Position numbers and translations under genes: made by a program. The notes beneath the pieces were generated by a model. It searched no databases. It was given only the letters and a program-made list of their open reading frames with translations, and had not been told where the DNA came from. From Promethearchaeota archaeon (lineage in GTDB: Archaea; Asgardarchaeota; Lokiarchaeia; Sigyniarchaeales; SOKP01), in contig SHMW01000023.1 in assembly GCA_008080735.1 (NCBI GenBank), positions 1 to 50,555 on the forward strand: a stretch of 50,555 bases of DNA, in the 5' to 3' direction. Below are positions 29,122 to 38,940 of the stretch, piece by piece; position 1 is the first letter of the stretch; each line of letters starts with the position of its first letter.

Positions 29122-30273
29122 TCATTCTACAGGTTCTCCTAGTCGAGCGGCTTTATATATATTATAAACTATCGATATTGTCAAACCGATCAAGATAGCA
29201 GCACCCACCCAATAATAAATATCTAAAACAATTCCAGGGGTGATTGCACTTATCTGAAATCCGCTAAAGAGGTATATTGGAAAGATATCGGGTCGATTAA
29301 TAAGGTAAATGACTAGAGGAAAATAGGCAATATTATATAATCCGTTAATAACTAACATTACCTTTTGACCTCCGATACTATCCGCTCCAATTGCCAACCG
29401 AATCAACTCAATCAATCCTCCGATTAATACCACCATACCAAAAGTGCTCATCCATTCACGGAATTCTGGCTCAAAGTATACAAGAAAATCATAAAAAGGT
29501 TGGATGATTAAGACTAATCCAAAGACAATTCCTAATACCGAACCTGTTATTAATTCTGCGGTGGAGACTGATCTGAACTTTTTCTTGGCTTCTATTCGTG
29601 CTTCTTTTACCTTCTCCTTCGCTTCAGCTATTTTTATCTTTGCTTCCTCAATCCCCTCTTTGACTCTTACTTTGGTTTCCGCTATTTGAGCTTGTGTTTG
29701 CGGAGTAATTTGTTCTTCATATTCAAGTTCTCTAAAAACTTCTGTTGCTTTTGTTTGAATTATTAATCCTAAATATCTTGGGAGATCACCAAAATCTTCT
29801 GGCAAATAGCCTTCCATCGATAAAAAGACAAATAATCCGGTCATTACCACAACTAATATAAGAAATCCAATATATACTCCACTGAGAAATTCACCTAACA
29901 ACGCATACCATGGAGCAAATAAAACCAGCACAATTACACGAATGAAATTGATAATTACAACCACCGCCATCGAAAATAGTAATGCCCGTAAATAAAAGTC
30001 CCATAACTCTTCAGTAATATAGAATTTAGGCGTACCGCGTTTTTTATATACCTTTGCAATACTTTCTGGCGTTCCAATAGTGTATATGGCTTCTTTTATG
30101 GCTTCTCGAGGAGGCTCTTCCATTCCAGAAATCTCTCTTGCCTTTTCTATGACTTGTATCTCTAAATCAGTAAGGATCGCATCTACTTGTTCAGGTTTCG
30201 CTTTCAGCCACTCAGGAAATTTGTTTTTTACTTCTTGTAAAAATTCATCAATAGATGTGTTTTTTAGACTCAT
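29122..30273 (-). CDS. Membrane protein with N-terminal HAAS-like helical domain and internal charged coiled coil
   Basis: IDEFLQEVK..FP...IL.DLE...IGTPESIAKVY; about 6 hydrophobic segments; E/K/A-rich insert. Confidence 0.7.
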   Translation of the reverse strand: MSLKNTSIDEFLQEVKNKFPEWLKAKPEQVDAILTDLEIQVIEKAREISGMEEPPREAIKEAIYTIGTPESIAKVYKKRGTPKFYITEELWDFYLRALLFSMAVVVIINFIRVIVLVLFAPWYALLGEFLSGVYIGFLILVVVMTGLFVFLSMEGYLPEDFGDLPRYLGLIIQTKATEVFRELEYEEQITPQTQAQIAETKVRVKEGIEEAKIKIAEAKEKVKEARIEAKKKFRSVSTAELITGSVLGIVFGLVLIIQPFYDFLVYFEPEFREWMSTFGMVVLIGGLIELIRLAIGADSIGGQKVMLVINGLYNIAYFPLVIYLINRPDIFPIYLFSGFQISAITPGIVLDIYYWVGAAILIGLTISIVYNIYKAARLGEPVE

Positions 30274-30404
30274 TTTTACTATACCAAAATTATATGTTAT
30301 TTAATTCAAAAAAATATATCTTAATTCTTAATATTTCAAGAGTCCAGTAATAATAAATTAATTTTCTCGGTAAAAAAGTTTTAAACGCGATTGAACAATT
30401 CCTC

Positions 30405-31115
30405 TTACTCAAATGTTTTATAAATGGTAAAATAGATTGGAATAATCCAGAGCATTATAGAGAACAAGATCATCCATTCTAGAAATGGTTGAGATACTGA
30501 GGGAGGATTTACTATGAACAAGATACCCATTGCGGGTGTAGAAAAGAACATAAATAATCCTAAAATTATGTGGAAAATCGTATCTTTCAGCATAATCACC
30601 AGACCATTATATATCGAGGCGAGTCCGAAAGCTCCGAAGACTAATACGGAGAACTGAAGATGTAAACCTAATTCGGTGGTTCGGTCTTCAGAAAAGAGCC
30701 CAATACCGAAAAACCCAAGTGAGGCAAGAAAAAGAAAAAATAATCCAATCAAAGATAAGGTTTTTGTTATAAATCGAAAGGTCTTTCCAAAAAAGCCAGG
30801 ATACTCTTTATAATCCTTGAATAGGAGTGTTGAGAAGTAAATAAAAATTGGGATAAACAAGATAGAGGTAAGCATGGCACTAATGTCTAATAGAAGGGGT
30901 GCGGGAGTGTAATTGAGAGAACCCAAATCGGAGATATAGTTATCCCAAATATTATATGATTCTGGACCAAAAAAATATGCGATAATTACACCTATTAAAA
31001 GTGCGGGAAGAAATATTAAGAGAGTTGCATACATACAAGTTTTAACTAGCATAGGGTTGGTTAACAACCTATATACCCCATTTAATTTACTGATGATTAG
31101 GTTCTTTCGATTCAT
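30405..31115 (-). CDS. DUF998-like membrane protein
   Basis: YNIWDNYISDLGS, GIGLFSED...LH, PFLEW; multiple TM segments. Confidence 0.7.
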   Translation of the reverse strand: MNRKNLIISKLNGVYRLLTNPMLVKTCMYATLLIFLPALLIGVIIAYFFGPESYNIWDNYISDLGSLNYTPAPLLLDISAMLTSILFIPIFIYFSTLLFKDYKEYPGFFGKTFRFITKTLSLIGLFFLFLASLGFFGIGLFSEDRTTELGLHLQFSVLVFGAFGLASIYNGLVIMLKDTIFHIILGLFMFFSTPAMGILFIVNPPSVSQPFLEWMILFSIMLWIIPIYFTIYKTFE

Positions 31116-31244
31116 ATCTACCTATTGATAAAGAGGGAATTTTTTTTAAAATACTCGATAAAAATATCCTTAATAATGTAAAGAAAAATGAGATTTAAAT
31201 TTGTTTTTAGTATTAATAAAAGGAGTATTATTTAAGTATCGAGC

Positions 31245-32132
31245 TTAGATACTGGCAAATACAAAAGCTAATAAACCTAAAAATGCTCCAATTTTTAATA
31301 ATAGGCTGATCCTACTAAAACTTTTCTTTTCCAAATCGCAAATTAATGAGAGTCCCAGCGCGAGCATAACTACTGCAAGACCAAATAGCATGGAAATAAT
31401 GAACGCCCAAAGATTAATAATATTTGTAAAAATAGGCAAAACAAAGAAGATGACAGCAAGAACATCACATACAATAGACACGTACAGGGCTTTTTGAATC
31501 CCGATGGTTATAGCTAATGTTTTGACACCCTCTCTTTTATCTCCCTCTATATCTTCACAACCCTTCACAATCTCACGCGCTAACAATAAGAAGAATGATG
31601 TAAGGAAAAAATAATAAATATAGAGCGGAACGTTATAGCCATTTAAAATTGCCCCGTATAGCAATCCGATTGAAAAGGACACACTTACGATAATATTTCC
31701 GATAAATCCACTCTTTTTTCCCCATGCAGCATACAGCCATCCAATCAAAGCAAAGAATATGGCTACCACTATATTAATAAATCCTAAATTCAGAAGCCAA
31801 CTATGAAAAATTGATAATAAAATACCAATAAACATTATTCCCAGATATAAATATTTTGCTTCCTTTAAGGTTAAATCTCCTCGTGGAATTGGTCTTTCTG
31901 GACGATTAATTCTATCGATTTCTACGTCATAGATATCATTAATAACCATCCCGCTTCCCGCGATAAGGATATAAGTAAGAACCCCAATTATGAGGTTTAA
32001 TATCAGATTCAATAACGGAACTTCTTTTCTCGTATTTAGAACCCCAATTATGACAGTCAAACTTCCCATAAGACAATTTATAGGTCGAATAACCTCTATG
32101 GCAGCTTTCGCTTTCAATTCATTCACCCTCAA
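31245..32132 (-). CDS. Digeranylgeranylglyceryl phosphate synthase (UbiA family)
   Basis: IRPINC, NDIYDVEIDRINRPERPIPRG, REIVKGCEDIEGD..EGVKTL; next to GGGPS. Confidence 0.9.
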   Translation of the reverse strand: MRVNELKAKAAIEVIRPINCLMGSLTVIIGVLNTRKEVPLLNLILNLIIGVLTYILIAGSGMVINDIYDVEIDRINRPERPIPRGDLTLKEAKYLYLGIMFIGILLSIFHSWLLNLGFINIVVAIFFALIGWLYAAWGKKSGFIGNIIVSVSFSIGLLYGAILNGYNVPLYIYYFFLTSFFLLLAREIVKGCEDIEGDKREGVKTLAITIGIQKALYVSIVCDVLAVIFFVLPIFTNIINLWAFIISMLFGLAVVMLALGLSLICDLEKKSFSRISLLLKIGAFLGLLAFVFASI

Positions 32133-32141
32133 AAAGAGATA

Positions 32142-32978
32142 TTATTTTTTAGCATAATTTTTGCTATGATGCTTTCCAACGTTTTTAATTTCATCGATAA
32201 TTGGTTTTAGCGATTCACCATTATCGTCTAGTACTTTTTTTTCGATAAATGTGCCCATAACGATGATGTCTGCTCCCGCTTCGACAAATTCTCTAGCATC
32301 TTCTTTATTTTGAACTCCTCCACCAGCGATTATTGGCACTGATAACACTCGTGAGGTAAGCGAGATGTGTTTTGTAGGTATTCTATCACCACCAGAACCA
32401 GCTTCAAGATAAATCAGTTTAAAACCAAACATTTCTGCTGCTAGAGCATATGCCGCAGTGATTTTCGGTTTATTCCTTGGAATTAATTTTGCATCTCCAA
32501 TCCAGCCCGCACTCGCGCCAGGCTCTATTATTAAATATGCCATTGGGATATGTTCCAATCCAGACATCTTCACAGTATAGCACGCCATCGCTTGCTGCCC
32601 TATTATAAAATAAGGATTTTTAGAATTCAACAATGACATGAATAATATTGCATCTGCATGTGAAGAGACGCATGAAATACCCCCGGGAAAGATGATTATA
32701 GGCGTCTCTATTTTATCCTTAATTTTACATATAGTCTTATCGACAAATCCTTGATCAAAGGCGGTACTTCCACCAATTAGGATAGCATCTGTGCCAGCCT
32801 TTTCCGCATACGAAGCCATCTTAGCGGCTTTCGAGGGACTCTGATTCATAGGATCTGGGTCTATGAGGGAGAAATGCAGAGCTCCTTCCTTATTGATTTT
32901 TTCTATTAAATAATTATAAATTAAGCCTTCTCTAGCACTTTTTCCATTCAATATAGTATCAACCATATTAATTATCAC
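32142..32978 (-). CDS. Geranylgeranylglyceryl phosphate synthase
   Basis: HFSLIDPD, DAILIGGS, IFPG, FMSLLNS.NPYFI, YLEAGSG, AGGG; start probably ATG 32966. Confidence 0.93.
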   Translation of the reverse strand: MIINMVDTILNGKSAREGLIYNYLIEKINKEGALHFSLIDPDPMNQSPSKAAKMASYAEKAGTDAILIGGSTAFDQGFVDKTICKIKDKIETPIIIFPGGISCVSSHADAILFMSLLNSKNPYFIIGQQAMACYTVKMSGLEHIPMAYLIIEPGASAGWIGDAKLIPRNKPKITAAYALAAEMFGFKLIYLEAGSGGDRIPTKHISLTSRVLSVPIIAGGGVQNKEDAREFVEAGADIIVMGTFIEKKVLDDNGESLKPIIDEIKNVGKHHSKNYAKK

Positions 32979-33001
32979 TTGTAATTGATTGTTTATTATT
33001 T

Positions 33002-34402
33002 TTATTTTTCTTTTGCTTCAATTACCATCCGCTTTATTTTCGAATAGATTTCCTTCACTCTGTCTTTCCAATCTTCAAAATATGTAACTTTTTTTGGAAA
33101 TGCTTTATACAAACTATTAATTTCATTCATTCGAATTCTTAAATAATTCAAATCTAATAATAGATTCGGACGTGAGATTCCCTTAAATGCCTTAAAGGCC
33201 ATATCCCATAATGAGAGACTTACTTCTCCCGTGCCCGCGATCTGGAGGATTTCTGATGCGGTCAGAATCTCTTTTTCAAGTCCAAAATTCAAATCCACAT
33301 TACCTAAACTCTGTAGGACTCTTCTGAGTAGATCAAGCGCCGCAAACTCTGCTCCAAAATCAATCATGACCTTTCTATTGTAATCCCAAAGCTGAATTAT
33401 GGAATAATCTCCCGCTTGTATAGCGTCATATGCCGTTTGAGCAGCGAAATATCCTCCCCGCATGGAAGGATCTATGCCTCCGCCATGTAAAGGGCTCACT
33501 TGACACGCTGAATCCCCAACAAACATAATTCCGTCAGAAGCGCAAGACCATAAAGGACGTCGAACAGGAACAACACCTCCACCAGATGAGACAATTTCTA
33601 TATCAGTTGTATGAACGAATTCTTTAAAGGCATACTCTTTATAATACTCTTTCACTTTACCTCCGAATTTTGGATATACTCCCAGTCCGAGATTAATTGA
33701 ATATCGGTCTTTAGGGAAGTACCATATGTAGCCTCCAGGGGCTTTCTCTTGATCTAAAATAATGGAAATATATTCTTGATCTTGAACCTCTTGATCGCGA
33801 GCAGGAAATTTAATTATTTCCCGATAACATAAAATAGCGTCTTCATCGGAGATCTCTTTTTCAATTATTGGACTTTCAATTTTTTTGCGTAAAGGGGAAT
33901 AATACCCGCACGCATCAATCACTAATTTAGAGTGTAACTCATGCTCACTCCCATCTTTAGTTTTTACTTTTACACCTGAGACATAACCGTTAGAATCATA
34001 AAGAAGGTCTAAGGCCATAGTGTGATCCAAAAAGGAGTTCACCCCCGCATTGAGGGCCTCTTGGAGTAAACGCTGTCCAAACTCAAACCTATCCACGATA
34101 TAACCCGTTTGTTTTGGATCTATCATTGTAATACATTTTTGACGGTTTGGAGGATAGAGTTTTGCTCCCTTAATATCGCACGATTTTTCTTTACCGCTTG
34201 GTGGGGAAATCTGAAGAATATCGAATATTTCTTTACCTACAGCATCTCCGCAAATTTTTTTGCCAATATCATATCGCTCTTTTCTGTCTATTAAGCATAC
34301 GTCTAGGGCTTTTTTGGCAGCGAATCGGGCGGCCGTAGTACCGCCAGTACCAGCACCACAAATAATTAAATCAAATTCAGTTTTTTCAAGTTCCATTTTC
34401 AA
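33002..34402 (-). CDS. Geranylgeranyl reductase family flavoprotein
   Basis: GAGTGG, KICGD, PGGYIWYFP, VGDSA.QV.PLHGGGI. Confidence 0.92.
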   Translation of the reverse strand: MKMELEKTEFDLIICGAGTGGTTAARFAAKKALDVCLIDRKERYDIGKKICGDAVGKEIFDILQISPPSGKEKSCDIKGAKLYPPNRQKCITMIDPKQTGYIVDRFEFGQRLLQEALNAGVNSFLDHTMALDLLYDSNGYVSGVKVKTKDGSEHELHSKLVIDACGYYSPLRKKIESPIIEKEISDEDAILCYREIIKFPARDQEVQDQEYISIILDQEKAPGGYIWYFPKDRYSINLGLGVYPKFGGKVKEYYKEYAFKEFVHTTDIEIVSSGGGVVPVRRPLWSCASDGIMFVGDSACQVSPLHGGGIDPSMRGGYFAAQTAYDAIQAGDYSIIQLWDYNRKVMIDFGAEFAALDLLRRVLQSLGNVDLNFGLEKEILTASEILQIAGTGEVSLSLWDMAFKAFKGISRPNLLLDLNYLRIRMNEINSLYKAFPKKVTYFEDWKDRVKEIYSKIKRMVIEAKEK

Positions 34403-34608
34403 TAAACTCAGTTTTTACCTTGATCTATTCTAACTATAATGCTAAATAAAATTTAACTTTTAAAGTAATTCCTATAAATGCAACTCTTGATAGGTAGAAT
34501 ACTCAAGGGATGGAAAAGAGTGTTTAAACTCAACATTGACAAAAACTACAAATATATATTTTTGTAAAATTTTTATCATTCTAAATAATAGATTATTTTT
34601 GTTTTATT

Positions 34609-37461
34609 ATGAAAGAAGTAGATTTAGAAGTCGAGGATATTTTCGGAAGTAATCAGAATTTCACCTTTCTAATTGGAGCGGGATGTTCCGTGGATTCCCC
34701 TTCCTGCCAACCGGCGGGCAAGGTTATGATCGATGCTATGCTCGATTTCGCTTGTATGGGAACTGAAGCAGAAAAAATTAAATCTCTGGATAATCTTCGA
34801 TTTGAAGCCTTAGTGGAAATTTTACGAGATAATCTTGATGAGGATTTGAAGATAATCGACTTTTATGGGATATGCGACAGCCCAAATACTCAACATTTTT
34901 TCTTGGCGGATATGATCAATAGGGGTCATTTCGTTATGACCACCAATTTTGATTATCTAATCGAACACGCATTAATTCAAATAGGTATACCGAAAGAGGA
35001 GCTAAAGATCATAATAACTAAAAAGCAGTTTGAAGAATATAGTGATCCAGAGAATTTATTTCAAAGAGGAATCAAAACCTTGTATAAAATCCATGGGAGT
35101 AAAAAAGATATTATAGAAAATATTGACACAGGAGATACATTGGTCGCAACTATAGAAGCTTTCGGTTCTAATAAGGAGGGATTAAATGTATTTCAAGTGG
35201 AGCCATTTAAGAAGGAATTGTTTGAAAATATCACAAAAAATCGATCCATTGTGGTGATGGGATACTCTGGAAGCGATGATTTTGATGTAGTACCCACCTT
35301 AAAGGCTTTACAACACTTTAGAGATCTCATCTGGATTAATTATGTCAGTGACAAAGACCATTTTGCAGTTTTCGAAGTTGAAGAGGAAGATGCGATGAAT
35401 AGAGAGGATTATGGTAAAATCAATCAAATCTTAGTAGATATTAAGCGAATGGGATTCACAGAGCATGTATATAGGGTGGATGTAAATACATCTCAACTCA
35501 TAACACGCCTTATGAAGCTTAGTCCCCCGATAAATGAATTAGATTTTTCCATGAATCCTTTAGAATGGCTAAGAGAACATATCGAACCTCCCGGAAAGTT
35601 TCTTGAATATTATATCCCTCATAAAATCTTTTTGGAATTAGGAATGTTCGACGATGCGATGAGGTGTGCCGAAGAAATGCTCAAGATTACCGAAGATTTA
35701 GACGATCAAGAAAATAAAGCGACAACTCTGAGCAATATTGGTACAATTCACTTCAACAGAAGTAATTTTGAACAAGCCGAAGATTATTTTACGCGAGCTT
35801 TGAAAATAGACGAAGAATTGGGTATCGCCTATAAGAATCCCGCAACATATGCGAGCTTGGGAAAATTAAAAGCTGATACCGGGCGATATGAAGAGGCATT
35901 AGACTATTATCAACACGCGTTAAAGCTCACGGAAAATCTGGATGCTGATAATAGTCGAGCGATTTATCTTAATCACATTGGGAATATCCTTCAGAATCTC
36001 GGAAAATATGAAGAGGCGTCCAGCCATTATAATAGAGCATTAAGATTAAATGACAAAACAGGGGATTTATCGGGAAAATCGATCACTCTCAACAATATAG
36101 GAAGCCTTTATTATGATAAAGGAGATATCCCTAATGCTTTAGATAATTATTTAAAGTCCTTGGATATAGATACTCAGTTGGGAAACTATGTTGGAGAGGC
36201 GTCGCTCTATAATAATATTGGATTAATCTATTATGACCAAGGAGATATTTCTGAAGCTGTGAATTGGTTCAATAAAGCATTAGAATTGAATGAAAAAGTT
36301 GGAAATAAAAATACGCAATCCATTACCTATGGGAATTTAGGATTGGCCTACCAGCATCTAAAGAAATTTGATGATGCCTACAAATATATGGTACAATCAT
36401 TAGCAATTAAGAAGGAACTAAACCTCGACGCGGAAAAAGGAACTATTCTGACTAATATCGGAAATCTCTATTTCGAACAAGAGAATTATGATGAAGCGTC
36501 TAGTTGGTATGAAAAAGCACTTAGTTTAAATGAGGAATTAGGGAATCTCCCCTCTAAGGCAATCACATTGAACAATATAGGAACAGTCAAAGAGCGAAAA
36601 GGGAATTATATAGAAGCTGTGAAATATTATGAACAATCCAAATCCATTTTTAAACAGCTTGGCAACAAATTATCCATCTTGACGATAACCAATAATATCG
36701 GCAACAGCTTCAGAAAACGTGGTGAATATAAAGTAGCTCTCGAATATTTTAACGATTCCTTGAAAATCGCTGATGAACTAAATAATCGTCCAGAAATGGC
36801 GAATACATATAATGCAATTGGGGAATTATATTCTGAACAGGGTGAATATGCAAATGCGTTGGAGATTTATCAAAAAGCATTATCCATATTCCAAGAATTT
36901 AATAATATCGCTGATGAGGCACTCTGTCGTAATTCGATTGGATTATTGAACAATGCGCTGGGAAAGTCCGATATAGCGATTGAACATTGGCAAAGTGCGC
37001 TGAAAATCAGTGAAGATTTGGAAAATAAAGAATGGCAGATTATCTTACTCAATAGTTTATCCCAGACTTGTGAAAAAATTCAAGAATTTCATAAAGCATT
37101 GGAGTTTTATACAAAACTAGCGACTATTTACGAAGTGATTGAGGATTTTGAACAATTATCTACTCATTTCGGTAATATCGCAAATATGTCAAATAAAGTA
37201 GGTCAGATTGAGGTGGCAATTGAATATTATCAGAATGCGATTAAGATTGCTGAAAAATTAGAAGATGACGTGCGGCTGGTTAAACGCGCCAAATATTCAA
37301 ATCGAATTGGGATTATTCAATTCAAAAAAGGGCAATATGAAGAGGCGCTCGCGATTTTTGAGGACTCACTAAAAAATATTCAAAGGGCGAATCTCGAAGA
37401 TACTCCTTTAGCAGAGTCGATTCGGAAAAACATAAACGCAGCTACCAAAAAATTAAGCTAA
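34609..37461 (+). CDS. SIR2-like domain fused to about 15 TPR repeats
   Basis: FLIGAGCS, TTNFD, YKIHGS, VMGYSGSD; from about aa 340 a 40-residue repeat (LNNIG..Y...G.Y..AL.YY..AL). Confidence 0.9.
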   Translation: MKEVDLEVEDIFGSNQNFTFLIGAGCSVDSPSCQPAGKVMIDAMLDFACMGTEAEKIKSLDNLRFEALVEILRDNLDEDLKIIDFYGICDSPNTQHFFLADMINRGHFVMTTNFDYLIEHALIQIGIPKEELKIIITKKQFEEYSDPENLFQRGIKTLYKIHGSKKDIIENIDTGDTLVATIEAFGSNKEGLNVFQVEPFKKELFENITKNRSIVVMGYSGSDDFDVVPTLKALQHFRDLIWINYVSDKDHFAVFEVEEEDAMNREDYGKINQILVDIKRMGFTEHVYRVDVNTSQLITRLMKLSPPINELDFSMNPLEWLREHIEPPGKFLEYYIPHKIFLELGMFDDAMRCAEEMLKITEDLDDQENKATTLSNIGTIHFNRSNFEQAEDYFTRALKIDEELGIAYKNPATYASLGKLKADTGRYEEALDYYQHALKLTENLDADNSRAIYLNHIGNILQNLGKYEEASSHYNRALRLNDKTGDLSGKSITLNNIGSLYYDKGDIPNALDNYLKSLDIDTQLGNYVGEASLYNNIGLIYYDQGDISEAVNWFNKALELNEKVGNKNTQSITYGNLGLAYQHLKKFDDAYKYMVQSLAIKKELNLDAEKGTILTNIGNLYFEQENYDEASSWYEKALSLNEELGNLPSKAITLNNIGTVKERKGNYIEAVKYYEQSKSIFKQLGNKLSILTITNNIGNSFRKRGEYKVALEYFNDSLKIADELNNRPEMANTYNAIGELYSEQGEYANALEIYQKALSIFQEFNNIADEALCRNSIGLLNNALGKSDIAIEHWQSALKISEDLENKEWQIILLNSLSQTCEKIQEFHKALEFYTKLATIYEVIEDFEQLSTHFGNIANMSNKVGQIEVAIEYYQNAIKIAEKLEDDVRLVKRAKYSNRIGIIQFKKGQYEEALAIFEDSLKNIQRANLEDTPLAESIRKNINAATKKLS

Positions 37462-37600
37462 GAATCAATTATAAAAGAAGAAAAGACAGAAAAGAAAGTC
37501 GAAATTCGACTCTCCCAATCCTCCGCAAGGATATAAATTTCTTTTTATATTTCTGAGTTTATATTATTGTTATCTCGCTTGTTTAGATTTTTTTATAGGC

Positions 37601-38356
37601 CTAGATGAGAGTGGGAACAATTGCCAATAACCAAATTATTAATGTGGTGGAGATAGGGACGGTAAGATCGTCATATGTACTTGGGCTGATAAGTTCGATA
37701 AATGTTCCCAAGAGACTGGTTATTAATGAATAAAGGACCACCAAATCTAATCCAAGCGTAAACTGAGAATCACATGGTAAATAACCAAATATGAAAAATG
37801 TCCCAAAACTCAGGATAAAGGCTGATAGGAAAAACACTGCTGAGCCTTCTACACTTCGTACTGTGCCCGTATATTTGATGTTTATTCTATGTTTGCCGTA
37901 TTTCTTTCCAAAAAGCGATGCGAGCGTGTCGGAGATGATCATAATTAAAATGCCGGCGATGGGAAAATAAAATCGCGATGGATCAACGATGGCAAATAAA
38001 GTTACCAAAAATGTTATCGACAGGCAATAGTGGAAGGGGCCTTCGAGAAATCCGACTTTTTCTTCAGCTTCTTCTCCAATGGTATCATAGAGTTCTTTTA
38101 GTTTCCTGACTTTGCTGTCTCTTCCGCTGAATAAAGTAACTATCGTCAGCGAACCCGCGATAATCACGGCATACCAAGGCCACGAGAAATAGGGTGTGGA
38201 TAGTACAGAGAGTCCCGCAAATAAATGAACAAACTTTCTGGCTTGGAATTTGCTAATGATATCTTTTTTCTTTAGTTGTACCGGTAGCATGATTGTTGCG
38301 CCTACGTACAAATAGGCACCAACTAATAACAATAAATCGAATAATATTAATTCCAT
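37601..38356 (-). CDS. CTP-dependent polyprenol (phytol/dolichol) kinase-like membrane protein
   Basis: ARKFVHL, GPFHY, SDTLASLFGKKYG, RSVEGS, IELIS...DDLTVP. Confidence 0.82.
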   Translation of the reverse strand: MELILFDLLLLVGAYLYVGATIMLPVQLKKKDIISKFQARKFVHLFAGLSVLSTPYFSWPWYAVIIAGSLTIVTLFSGRDSKVRKLKELYDTIGEEAEEKVGFLEGPFHYCLSITFLVTLFAIVDPSRFYFPIAGILIMIISDTLASLFGKKYGKHRINIKYTGTVRSVEGSAVFFLSAFILSFGTFFIFGYLPCDSQFTLGLDLVVLYSLITSLLGTFIELISPSTYDDLTVPISTTLIIWLLAIVPTLI

Positions 38357-38940
38357 AGTTAGTATTTATTAAAATAAATAAAAAGTTCAATCCGATAGAT
38401 GAAAGTATTAATAGTTAAAATTGGGAAAGATTGGTCATTAGATAAATACACAAATAAGATTGGGAATAGTATGAAAGAACTTCAGTTTCTGGTCTGAGGG
38501 CCCTTGAGATCCTGGAGATTCTGGTTTGAGATCGATTCTCCCATAACATCTAATTAAAACTCAAAGCTATTTATAGGATTCATTCAAACATTTTTACCTG
38601 CTTTTTCAGGAGGGGCATCAGGGGGAGAGAGAAGATAAAAAAATAGAATACTATTCTAGTAAGTAAGCTATAGACTCAATCACCATGATCTCAATCGTAA
38701 GTTAAAGATTTCTTTTAATTTTGAGTCTGTAGAATAAATTATATCTGTTTCATACTTTTTGCATGTCGTTGCAATAATTTCATCATGCAATTCATGATGC
38801 GACGATCCCTACACTCAAGTGAGAGTTAATTTTTCTATTCAAATTCAATAGAGAAACACGGTTCAAAATCATAAATTTTAATAAAGTATTCTCCATTTTT
38901 AACATACGACTAATAATAAGCTAAATAAATCGATAAAAAA

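Noticed and set aside
35700-37400. 120-nt periodicity as a DNA repeat array or CRISPR
   Set aside because: It is degenerate protein-level TPR periodicity within one ORF; no identical direct repeats with spacers.
37497-37511. Palindrome AGTCGAAATTCGACT between convergent genes
   Set aside because: Short, single copy; could be a terminator element but not supportable.
37601-38356. CDP-archaeol synthase CarS
   Set aside because: RK.VH and D..A...G..YG...S.EGS motifs fit the polyprenol kinase family better.
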